Of a DNA stretch of 64,000 nt, positions 52,961 through 64,000 are shown piece by piece. The translations under genes and the position numbers were made by a program. Source of the stretch: Octopus vulgaris (lineage: Eukaryota); assembly GCA_951406725.2 (NCBI GenBank), contig OX597837.1:15252001-15316000 (forward strand), read 5' to 3'. The notes below the pieces were generated by a model. That model saw nothing but the letters and a program-made list of their open reading frames with translations, had not been told where the DNA came from and searched no databases. Position 1 is the stretch's first letter. The number at the start of each line of letters is the position of its first letter.

Positions 52961-54449
52961 ATTTGCATATACATTATATATAATGATAATTCGGTGATTA
53001 GAGAAATAATGCAGAAAGTTGCGATGTTACAAATTGTGGACGAATATGTGTGAGGGGGAGGGGTGCGCGCGGAGGTCAGAGTTTACAAGGAAGAGGGGGG
53101 GGAGGAATGCACTCAATACTCTGCTGTGAGTAAAGTGTAAATATTTTATTGTAGTATTTGACATTTCCTCATTTCAAAGACTTTAATGAACACCTACTCA
53201 CTTGTGTTTACTAAACAGATGCGTTTGCACACTTGCGTCCATGAACGCATACACATCACATATATATACGCATACACATACATACACACACACAGACGTA
53301 CATACATATATACACACCCATGCATACATACATACATATATACATACATACACACACATATACATACATACATACATATACGCACATAGAGGTACACAAA
53401 CATACAACATACCTGAAGAAAAAAAAAACAACACATTCACCGCCTTCTGCGCCGCCGCCGCCGCCGCAGCCGTTGGCAATACTATGAACCACGTGACCTG
53501 CAAAAAACAAAAACACAAAAAGGTAAACACATAAAATACGTACAAAAAAATATGCAAATAAATAAATAAGTAAATAAATAAAGCAAAAATTGTACCTGAT
53601 GACCTTTCCGCCTGACACCTCTTTTTATTGAGCCTTGCATCATTCGGAATCTGTTGAAAGATATTGTGACAGGAGGGGGGGACGGGACGGGGGGAGGGGA
53701 CGGGTTGGGGGGAGGAGGGGGTTGTCACTTTAGCACGTGACTATGTTGCCATCTTGAACGAAGGGGAAAAGAAACAACACGGCAATTAGCGTTGGTGTTG
53801 TTGTTGTTGCCATCCTTTTAGCCCCCGGTCAGACCTGATTCAACAGACTCCAAGTTCAAAGACATTCAAAGCCGTCATCATCCAGTTATGTTTTTGTTCG
53901 TTATTTATATATTTATTATTTTCTTTTTGCCTTTATTCAGGGCATAGTGTATCTAAGATTACATTATTCAATGTGTCCTTCACCGTTGTTTTAAAGATAG
54001 TAAGAATTGGCTGCTATTTCTAGCCAGTCAAAGTTGCTTCTTAAATTAATACTCGATCAGCACTAATCCAGTAGTGAGTAATGTTCAACGGCATTACCTT
54101 CCAGGCGTGACCTTCCAGGCGTGACCTTCCAGACATTTCTTTTCATCTGGCAAAGCATATCTAGGATACAACGGCATTTGTAATTAGCCTTTATTCCTAA
54201 TATCGTTCTCGATTCCACGGCTGACAGGTGCGTGTGAGTGTGTGTGTGTATTTTCCTCTCTGCCATGTTGTTGATACTCATAATCAACGTCACTACATCC
54301 CCTCCTCTCACCCTCACACTATTTTTCTCACTCTCTCTCGCGCTCTCTCTCACACACACACACACAAACACATATGAAAACAGTTTGATTCAAATTCGCT
54401 GGTACTCTTGAGTTTCAAGTGTGATGCTAGTCGTCAGACATTTTGAATA

Positions 54450-54486
<37 letters not shown>

Positions 54487-54498
54487 ACCCTACTGTTT

Positions 54499-54795
54499 TT
54501 TTTAAAGCCAGTTACTTATTCTGTCGGGTTTTTTTTGCCGAACCGCAAAGTTATGGGGACGTAAACGCACCAACATCGGTTGTCAAGCGGTGATGGGGAA
54601 CAAATACAGATACAGAGATACCCCCCCCCATATGTACTATATATATATATATATGACAGGCTTCTTTCAGTTTCCGCCAACCAAATCCAGTCACTAGGCT
54701 TTGCCCGGTCGAAGACACTTGGCCAAGACGCCACGCAGTGGGACTGAACCTGGAACCATGTGGTTGGGAAGCAAGCTTCTTACCACACAGTCACT
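54499..54795 (-). mobile_element. SINE family B, partial
   Basis: GCCACGCAGTGGGACTGAACCTGGAACCATGTGGTTGGGAAGCAAGCTTCTTACCACACAG is identical to the 37554-37916 copy. Confidence 0.85.
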
Positions 54796-55104
54796 ATGTT
54801 TGGTATTAAATAATTTCCACCCTGGCCCCTCCACAAACAACATCCGTTTAAAAGTCCCTCCCCCATTTTACGCACGAGGACCTCCCTTCCCCAGACAAAC
54901 CCGGCTCCGTTAGGAAGTCTTGCATTCCTAACGTTGACGAAACCACATCAAAGAAATTTGGTGAAGGAATAAAGAAATATTACCGCTCAAGGAATCTGCT
55001 AGGAGTAATCTCTTTCATGTGGGGAATAGCGGAATAGCGGAATAGCGGAATAGCGCGTTTGATTCCGTCACTGTTGTACCAGACTAAATTTAGATGGGTT
55101 AGAG

Positions 55105-55167
<63 letters not shown>

Positions 55168-55201
55168 CATATGTCAGTCTATCTATCTATATCTATCATT
55201 C

Positions 55202-55252
<51 letters not shown>

Positions 55253-55988
55253 GTCGGTCTATCTATCTGTCTGTCGTTGTTGTTGGTGGTGGTGATGGTG
55301 ATGGTGGTGGTGGTTGTGTTGTGCTTGTTATTGATGTTGCTGCTTCTACGGCTGCTGCTGTTGTCCTTACTATTGCTGTTGTTGTTGTTGTTGTTGTTAA
55401 GCAACAAGACGGGAGTAAAGGTGATTAGGTGATGGTCTTGGGCTTAGGGGCGGGAGACCCCAGACCTTGGAGAAAAGAAAAAATTTTGGTCATCTTGTTG
55501 TAGTCGAGGGCTCTTCGTTGACGCCCGACACCACTGGGAGGTGACCCCTCGAAGTCGCTGGAAATGGAGATCTCCAGGTCCGAATTCTTGGACGGCTGCT
55601 GCTGCTGCTGCTTATTTTGCTGTTGTTATTGTTGTTATTAACTACCCTTTTTTTTGTTGTTGTGGTTGATAACGTTACTGTTGTACTTACCGAGTTGTTT
55701 GCGTTGCTATTTTTTCTTTTTCTTTTTATCATCTCCGTTGTTGCTAACGTCGTTTCTTCCTATAACTGGTAGTTGTTGCTATTGCTGCTATTGTAGCCGT
55801 TGTTATTTTTGTCATTCTCCTCATTGTTGTTGTTGCTATACTTGTAAGTCTTTGCGATTGTTGCCATTGCTTGTTGTTGTAGCCGTTCCGTTGTTCTTCT
55901 TGTCGTTGTTGTGGTTGTTATTGCTGCGAATCGTTTGTCTTTCTTCTTCTTCTTTCTTCTCTAATTAGCTCCTGTCTAAACACCACCA

Positions 55989-56041
<53 letters not shown>

Positions 56042-58341
56042 AACATACTTCAAATAGATGATTATCCCTTCTTTATCTCAAATATATTTGCCGATCACAT
56101 CAAAGGGGGAATCTTTTTGAGGTCTTTTAGCGAACGCTCTCTGTCTTTTTCCTTTACATTTATTTATTCTCTTTTATTGTTGTTATTTTCTTCACCATCT
56201 TATGCTTATTAAACTCACCCCCCCTTCCCCTTTTTACTTTATCTTTTTGAACCTATTCCACTCTGCTCTAAAATGCCTATTATGACTACGCTACTAATTG
56301 CTCTTAGGTGCCAAAAGTCTATTGATCTTTTTCTTCAGGTGTTGCTTGATTTCTTACCGTTCATGTCTTCCTCCATCAGCTGGGGTCGGCTAAACAACAT
56401 GTGTGTCTCCTCTGAGTATCACACTGCGTGTATGTGTGTGTGTGTATGTGTTTTATGGTTAAATTTATATTTTTATACTTTACATCACTGTCAAGCGTAC
56501 ACACACACATATATGTATAAGTGTGTGTGTGTGTTATTTTTAATCGGCAGAAGTTTGAAAGTGACTCAAGGACTGAGAGCCTCATGCACGGCATTTATTA
56601 AACATTTCGATGTCTTCTATTAAGTGCAATGAACGAAACTCTCTGCCGTTGAACCACCGAATATCTTCTTCTACTGGTTGAAAATAATGAATATATAGTC
56701 GAACAAATCGAATCCTCAGTCCTTTTTAAACCCTAACACTTATTTTATCGTCTCTTGGCCGAACCGCCAAGTTATGGAAACATAAACAACCGAACACCGG
56801 GTGTCAAGCGGCAGTGGGTCACACACACACACACACACGACGAGCTTCTTTCAGTTATGCAAACGTCTCCCTTTAATCACATTCAACTGTCTTAGAAAAG
56901 AAAGGACACATTGGACAATATAGACCCTGGTGTACAGAAACATGATGGTCACTGCTTGAACGACTCCTGAGCACAGGTGGGACAAGGAGTGATCTGGGGA
57001 TGACCAACAATAACGACAGCCATGCTAGAGATGTTGTCCCTAAAGCTATGGTATAAAATAACACGAGATGGTTAAAGCTCGTAACTGTTCTCAATCAGAA
57101 TCGATCCACGAATAAACAACAACAACAGTGAACTGGGGAAAAAGCGATACAAACATCGGCAAAATCAGCCGCATTTCTAATATACACCTAATTTAATAAA
57201 ATTATGAAGGTTACTCTGATTACTATGCATAAAATGCAAAAAATATTTTTTTGTAGATTAGGTAAGCATAATTCGTCCCTGCCTTTCAATCACAGTATTT
57301 AAGCTACACATAGAACTGCTGTAGCACACATGCTGCGTGCATTCCTACAACAACGTTTTCTTTACGTGCTCTAAAGGCAGAAGTAAATCTGCCTTCAACT
57401 CAGTCGTGCGGCTGTGTTTCGCTTATTTTTTGTGTGTTTTACTACATAAGGGTCACCAACTGCCTACCCTGAGTAATTACTGATGGCACGTGCCTGTTTT
57501 TAACATAGCTTCTTTTTTTCTAGGTAGGTTCTGTTGGCCCTCTGCAACGCCATTTTCACCTCTGGGAAGAGGTGGTCCATGTTACTCAGACCTCTTTCCT
57601 TCGATCTATCCAGCATGGAAAAGGCCCTACCAGGAATTTGCACTCTAATGGTATGGCCCTTAAGTTCATCGAGACATACAAGCCACCTCACCGCAACAAG
57701 GACTGAACCTCGGGGTACTTTTAAGTATTTGCCTCTATGTAATGTGGTACTATATTAGAAGGTCGCTTACTGCCGGCAACAGGTGTGTGCAAAATGAATG
57801 TATAGGGTAGCATCTGTTTAGCTATTTTATATAGCAATTAGCTACGGGTCAGTGCCATCCAAGTGAGCGCGTTCACCTATGCTGGATGGAAATTAACGAT
57901 AAGAGACCAACTAATGAGAATAACAGTCGGGGAGCAAAAATTACGTGTACGTGCGTGTGTGCGTGCGTGTGTGTGTGTGTGTGTGTGTGTGCATGTGTGT
58001 GTGTGCGCGCGCGTACACGTGTATTATATTATGACATCCTTTTACTGGTTTCAGTCATTGCCTTTGAAATGAGACCATACTGGAGCATCATCTTGCAGCA
58101 CATCGACTCCAATATTCATTTCAGTGCGGTACTTATTTTTATCGATCTCTGCTTGTCAGACAACTAAGTTGCGAGACATAAAAGAAACAATATATGTAAC
58201 TACGATTTTACTGCAAACGCTCACTCATAACACGCATACACACAGACAGACAAACTTACACACCAGTGCGTGCATGTGTCTCTATACTGTGTGCGTGTAT
58301 ATATATATATATACACGCTATTATTTATGGGATTCATTAAG

Positions 58342-58865
58342 ACGGCTAACTGGCAGAAACGTTAGCACGCCGTTACGTTCTGAGTTCAAATTCCGCCGAG
58401 GTTGACTTTGCCTTTCATCCTTTCGGAGTCGATAAATTAAATATCAGTTGCGTACTGGGATCGATCAAATCGACTAGCTCCGTCCTCAAAAATTTCGGGC
58501 CTTGTGCCTAGATTAGAGAAGATTATTTACATTTAAGACCGTCGCATTGTAACCAGTGGTTCAGGTTCAGTCCCATTTCGCGGCATCTTCGGCAAATGTC
58601 TTCTACTATGGTCCTGGGCCGACCAATGCCTTGTGAATAACTTTGGTAGACAGAAACTGTATGGAAGACGTTGTATACATGTGTGTGTGTGTTTTTGAAT
58701 TTGTATTTGTCCGCCCACAGCTTGAAAACTGGAGTTGGTTTGTTTACGTTTCGGCAACACTGAAGGTTCTGGAAAAGAAATCGATAGGATAAATACCGGA
58801 CTTTTTGTCGTTTTTTGAAAAAATTTAAGTCCCGGGGGTCGATTTGTTCGACTTAACCCTTCAGC
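58342..58865 (+). mobile_element. Adjacent SINE family A (58342-58520) and family B (58555-58865) copies
   Basis: Diagnostic blocks of each family. Confidence 0.75.
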
Positions 58866-59466
58866 ATAGTACAATGGACGAAGGTAAGTGAAAGATAAAA
58901 AGATAAACGCCATATTTGAATGAGATGGACGCGCGTATTCCGTGGCAGACGAACGGAGAGAAGGTGTACGTTGAACGCCATGCTGTTTTATTGCAGCAAA
59001 ATGAATAAAGAGATACAAATGAATCACGAGGTACAAAACTAAACAAACTGCAACAACAACAACAACAACGACAGGCCATAAACGACGACGACAAAAACTC
59101 TGAACTCAACGCCAGTCACTTCTATCAACACAACTATTGAACTGTCAATCAAAAGTCATAAATATATCACGAGGCTTGTAACAGGGAATCACAACTTTAT
59201 TAGTATCGTCTGCCATGTTTCTTCTTCTTTAATCAAGTTGTTTAGTTGGGCTCAAAGTACTGAACGGCTGTAAAAAAAACAAAAAAAAAAAAACGGAAAT
59301 ATATAAGGTGCAGGCATAGCCGTGTGGTGGTTGGCTGTTGAGCTATGCGCTTTATAAGCCTGAGGTCATGGGTTCGGTCTTACGGTGCGGAAAGTATCTT
59401 TGGAAGGTGTTTTCGAGTGTAGCCTCATATTGGTTGAATATACACTTTCTAAGTAGAATTGCTACC

Positions 59467-59738
59467 GAAGGTGCGTGGCTTAATGGTTCGAGCGTCGAGC
59501 TTACGATCGTGAGTTTGTGAGATCGATTCCCGGACCGGGCTGCGTGTTGTGTTCTTGAGCAAGACACTTTATTTCACGTTGCTCCACTTCACTCATCTGT
59601 AGAAACGAGTTGTGGCGACGTCACTGCTGCTAAGCTGTATTGGCCTTTGCACTTCCCTTGGGTAACATGGGCGACTGCTGGTCTTCCGGAAGGGAAAGCT
59701 CTTAGGTGCACCCATAGTCATTCGCGACCGATGGAGTC
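59467..59738 (+). mobile_element. SINE family C (3' type of 9015-9357), internally deleted
   Basis: Head, CORE and AAGCTGTATTGGCC..CATGGGCGACTGCTGG blocks. Confidence 0.8.
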
Positions 59739-60840
59739 GGTTCAAGTAGAATTGGGTGTAACCAGAAAGTTTACAGAAACTTCTGATGGGTAGTCATGAC
59801 CAGAATACCCTATGTGTGTGTGTGTGTGTGTATGCGTATCTGTATATGAGAAAATAAAACCACAGTGGAAGAAACGGAACGGTGGGAATTGTATAGGTGC
59901 AGCGATGGCTGTGTGGTTAAGCTCTCTGACCTCGAAATTTGAAAAACAGCTGACGAGTTTGCTGGAGAACAATGTCTATAAGCACAATTCTCTTTTACCT
60001 GCAGTCAGGTACGTGACAAAAAAGAAGATGGGTGTGACATAAATGGTAAAAAGCTTCATGTTGTAAATCTGGAAGAAATTGTACGGTTATCGATTCCTGG
60101 TTGAAAATGAACGATTTCGACAAAGCTTTACTGGTATGTAGTGTTTTTTTCTGGGCATTCTAAAATTATTTCGAAAACCTGTTTTGGTTTATCTTCGGCG
60201 ACAATGGCCCAGAAGCAAGATATCAAAACTTCTGGAAAGCTCTAGCATCGCATCGTAATGGGAGAGGAAGGTTTTGTTTTGTTTTATGATTTTCTTTGAA
60301 TCATTGTGAACTGAGATTTTTGTGCGACGTATTTGAAGGCGACAACTTGGCACATTCAGTTCGCCTTCTTAGAGTTCGGCGGTAAAAAATCAAAATGTCA
60401 CAGAAAAACGTCACTTCTTTAATGGGATTTTTTTCTTACATTTTTTTATTAAATAAAACGGGATTTTTTTTTTCACGTAGATGCAATGTTATTTGTAGGC
60501 GGCTGATTGGCCGCCTCGTTAAAGACATTGTCACTGCGGTGTTCGTTCCGGCTTTCTTTACTTTCATTTCAAATACTGCCGACCATGACTTCACCTTTTA
60601 TCCTTTCGGGGTCGATAAATACAGGGCTAGCCTCGTACTGAGAAGAGACTCTTCCTCTTTCTTTCTCTCTCCCTCTCTCCCTCTCTCTCTCTCTGACACA
60701 CACAAACACACTCTCTGTCTTTTCGTCTCCTTCTCCCTCCTCTTTCTCTTTCTCTCTCACATACACAAACACACTTTCTGTTTATCCGTCTATCACTCTC
60801 TCCGATTCTTTCTCTCTCCCACTCTTTTTCTTTCTCTCCA

Positions 60841-60889
<49 letters not shown>

Positions 60890-61156
60890 ACACACAAACA
60901 CTTTCTGAGTTCAAACCCTACTAAGGTCAGCTTTACTTTTCCTCCTGCCAGAATAAATAAATAAAGTACCAGTCAGGTACTGAGGTCGATGTCCTCGACT
61001 GAACTGGTCATTAAAACTTCAAATTTCCGCACTAAGGCACGGTTTTTATGCCCCATGGTCGTAACTTCAACCGTGTTTTTTCTGTTGTGATTTTTGCTAC
61101 CCAGGCATCGGTTATCATTTGAATTATCCGTAATAAGATAATTCATTTATCTACTT

Positions 61157-61214
<58 letters not shown>

Positions 61215-61581
61215 AGGGGGTCTTTGTGTTTGTCCCCGACCACCGTTTGATAGCCGGTGTTGGTTTGTTTACGTCCCAGTAATTATCGATTTGTTCAACC
61301 CCCCAAAAAACCCTCTTCAATGCGGAGCCTCCAGCATGGCGCAGTCCACTGATTGAAACAGGTAAAAGGATTAAAAAATTTTTATATTTGTGATGTATTA
61401 AGTGAATAAAAATATTTAATTACTTAAAAGTATCAATTATGGTTTTTATTCGCGGTTGTTGTAGAAGAGTAAGGATAGCAGGAACCAGCGGAGAAATGTC
61501 TGTGAAGGCTATGGGGTAGAAATAGCAACCAAAATAGTCCTCATATCATGGATTACGACCAGAATTCTTTTAACCACACAT

Positions 61582-61910
61582 GAAGGCGCGTGGCTCAGTG
61601 GTCAGGGTATTCGGCTCACGATTGTAAAGTCGAGAGTTCGATTCCCGGCGACGCGTTGTGTCCTTGAGCAAGACACTTTATTTCACATTGCCCCAGTCCA
61701 CTCAGCTGACAAAAATGAGTTGTACCTGTAATTCAAAGGGAATGGGGGGCAACCATGTCACACTCTGCGTCACGCTGAATCTTCTTGAGAACTACATTAA
61801 GGGTACGCGTGTCTGTGGAGTGCTCAGCCATTTGGACGTTGATTTCACGAGCGGGGTGTTGTGCTGATCGGATTAGCTGGGACCTTCGTCGTTTTAACCG
61901 ACAGAGTGTC
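61582..61910 (+). mobile_element. Full-length SINE family C
   Basis: GAAGGCGCGTGGCTCAGTGG A box, GTTCGATTCC B box, CORE and the 3' end shared with 115-436. Confidence 0.88.
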
Positions 61911-63157
61911 GCTCTAAAAGTAAGTTTGCCTAACGTGGTTATAAACAATGGTATACTACTACTACTGCGGCTACTACTACTACGTTCACCGTTTTCAACT
62001 TGGAAACAAAGTTCTCTGTTCTCTCGGCAATGTAAACATTTTTCTTTGTGGAATGAGAAGAATAGGGAAATGAGTGCGCGCGTGCGTGTGAGTGTGTGTA
62101 CATGCGCGTGCGCGTGGGTAGCAATTAGTAGTTGGCCAAGTCTAAAACACACACACACACATACACACACACACACACAAACATAAAAGCCAAGCACGAA
62201 ACAAAACAACAAAAAAATCTCTTCTGAAGACATCTGGACGATGCTGGTTCCATTAGAAACATATATATGTGTGTGTGTGTGTATGTGTGAGTGTGTGTAT
62301 GTGTACATATGTATATATATATATATATGTGTGTGTGTGTGCGCGTGTACATATCTATATCCATCCCGAAAATCCGTGAGAACTTCGTGCAATTCAACAG
62401 TTCAACTCTTTTTGGCCGTGCAAAAACATTTATTCTTTCGTGGGCTTTCTTTCTTTTCTTTCTTTTCCTTCTTTTTTCCTTCTTTTTTTTTTCCTTCTTT
62501 TTGTTCTCTCTCCACGTTTCCTTTGATCTACATAAAAACGTCAAGCACCGCACGTTAGAGTTATCTCCCGTATATTTGCCGCTCTTCAATTGAAGTTGAT
62601 ACTGCTGATATGTGATGGAAACATCTGATACGTGTCAGCTCTCATGTATCAGGTTTCTGGCCCGTGGTGTTTGCGTTTGTTGTCTTCTCTTCTCTCCTAG
62701 TGGCGGTGGCGGTGGGGATATAAAAGAAAAACCTGCTTCATTATTTACCGTCCTTCCCTCGACTATCAAAGACCGAGTATTGTTTTCTCACGATGTCATT
62801 GCACTCCTCTTTGTAATATTCACCATAATATATATAAGTATTAAAGGAAGCAGGAGTAACCATTCGGCCGGCGGAGACCGCACCTTGGTTTCGATCCTGC
62901 TTTGAAGTCACTTAATTTCTCTTACACTGCTAATGTTGTGCTTATAATCGGGGAATCACCCCACAGCCTCCAAAATAATAAAGCTTGTCCCGAAACTGAA
63001 AGCCTCTTTCTGAAAACAAAAACGTCAGGTTATTTTATTTTTATTAAATTATGTTAATAATAAGTAAAATGAATTTTTCAAAAATTTAAAAATTTATGTT
63101 ATAAAATAAAAGAAATAGAGATATTACCAGAATAACTGAACGATTATACTGCGAAAC

Positions 63158-63390
63158 AAGGCGGCGAGCTGGCAGAACCGTTAGCACGCCGGGCGAAATG
63201 CGTAGCTGTATTTCGTTTGCCGTTACGTTCTGAGTTCAAATTCCGCCGAGGTCGTCTTTGCCTTTCATCCTTTCGGGGTCGATAAATTAAGTACCAGTTA
63301 CGCACTGGGGTCGATATAATCGACTTAATCCGTTTGTCTGTCCTTGTTTGTCCTCTCTGTATTTAGCCCCTTGTGGGAAGTAAAGAAACA
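63158..63390 (+). mobile_element. Full-length young SINE family A with 16-bp TSD
   Basis: GATTATACTGCGAAAC at 63142-63157 and 63391-63406 flanks GGCGGCGAGCTGGCAGAA...TAAAGAAACA. Confidence 0.95.
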
Positions 63391-63481
63391 GATTATACTG
63401 CGAAACCGAATAGATGTAGAGTTCAGACAAGAAAATTGTTTTCTGCGACTGACGACATACATGGAACTCTGAGTAGAATCG

Positions 63482-63645
63482 TAGTATTGCTCCGCAACCT
63501 TTTTACACTCGCGGCACACATAGTCTTTTGAAAATTCGATGGCACACCTGAACTAAAAATATAACTAAAAGTATAGGGAAAACATTATATTCTGGTTACA
63601 CTGTGACACACCAGTGTGCCGCCGCATACCCGTGGCGGAGGACTG
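63482..63645. mobile_element. Possible decayed hAT MITE
   Basis: CGCAACCTTTTT..GCGGCACAC / GTGTGCCGC..GCGGAGGACTG arrangement; TIRs imperfect. Confidence 0.4.
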
Positions 63646-64000
63646 GGATCTTTACCTTTTGACCGACAGATTTGAAAAATAATTTTTTGTAACTAAACAC
63701 TTTCAAACTTCGGACACTGGTAGAATGTGTCATATAAAACATCTTTTACTCTTAGCATTTTTGAGAAAAACTTATCTTTACGAAGTTATTTCACGTTAAA
63801 GTTCTCGTATTTCGGTAATTTCAACCAATCAATGACGTGTATTGCTTACACTTCTACAATGCACAAAATATTTCACCAAATTCTTTTATACAATTCCTAA
63901 CAATATGCAATTATAAAAATATAATAAAAAATTTTTAAACATTTTTTTTTTTAAACGGGGTCCAATTGAATAAAGTAGTAATTAAAGATGTCCACTGGCA

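Noticed and set aside
55023-55054. (GGAATAGC)x4, and (CCTTCCAGGCGTGA)x2.5 at ~54097
   Set aside because: Small slippage duplications with no sign of function.

Overview
Eukaryotic, AT-rich, microsatellite-saturated genomic DNA. The repeat families resemble those of Octopus/coleoid cephalopods; this comes from recognising the motifs and was not checked by search. One convincing protein-coding exon is present: the first coding exon of Notum (Wnt palmitoleoyl carboxylesterase) at 42530-43032 (+), ending in the conserved TCNDGSPAG and a GG|GTAAGT donor. I could not find exon 2, so the last ~21 kb is probably intron 1. The rest is a repeat landscape: three tRNA-type SINE families (several with exact 13-16 bp TSDs, one triplicated in tandem, two inverted pairs), hAT/Charlie and Tigger-like MITEs, a non-autonomous Helitron nested in a MITE, Penelope-like remnants with minimal hammerhead motifs, a 5'-truncated tRNA-Phe pseudogene and a ~2 kb compound (ATT)n array. 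The most unusual signals are a foldback element with a hammerhead core at its apex (52126-52346) and a phased TCGATCA array with a perfect 17-bp hairpin and TCF/LEF sites (44730-45365), both inside the putative Notum intron. Almost all ORFs in the supplied track are microsatellite artefacts.
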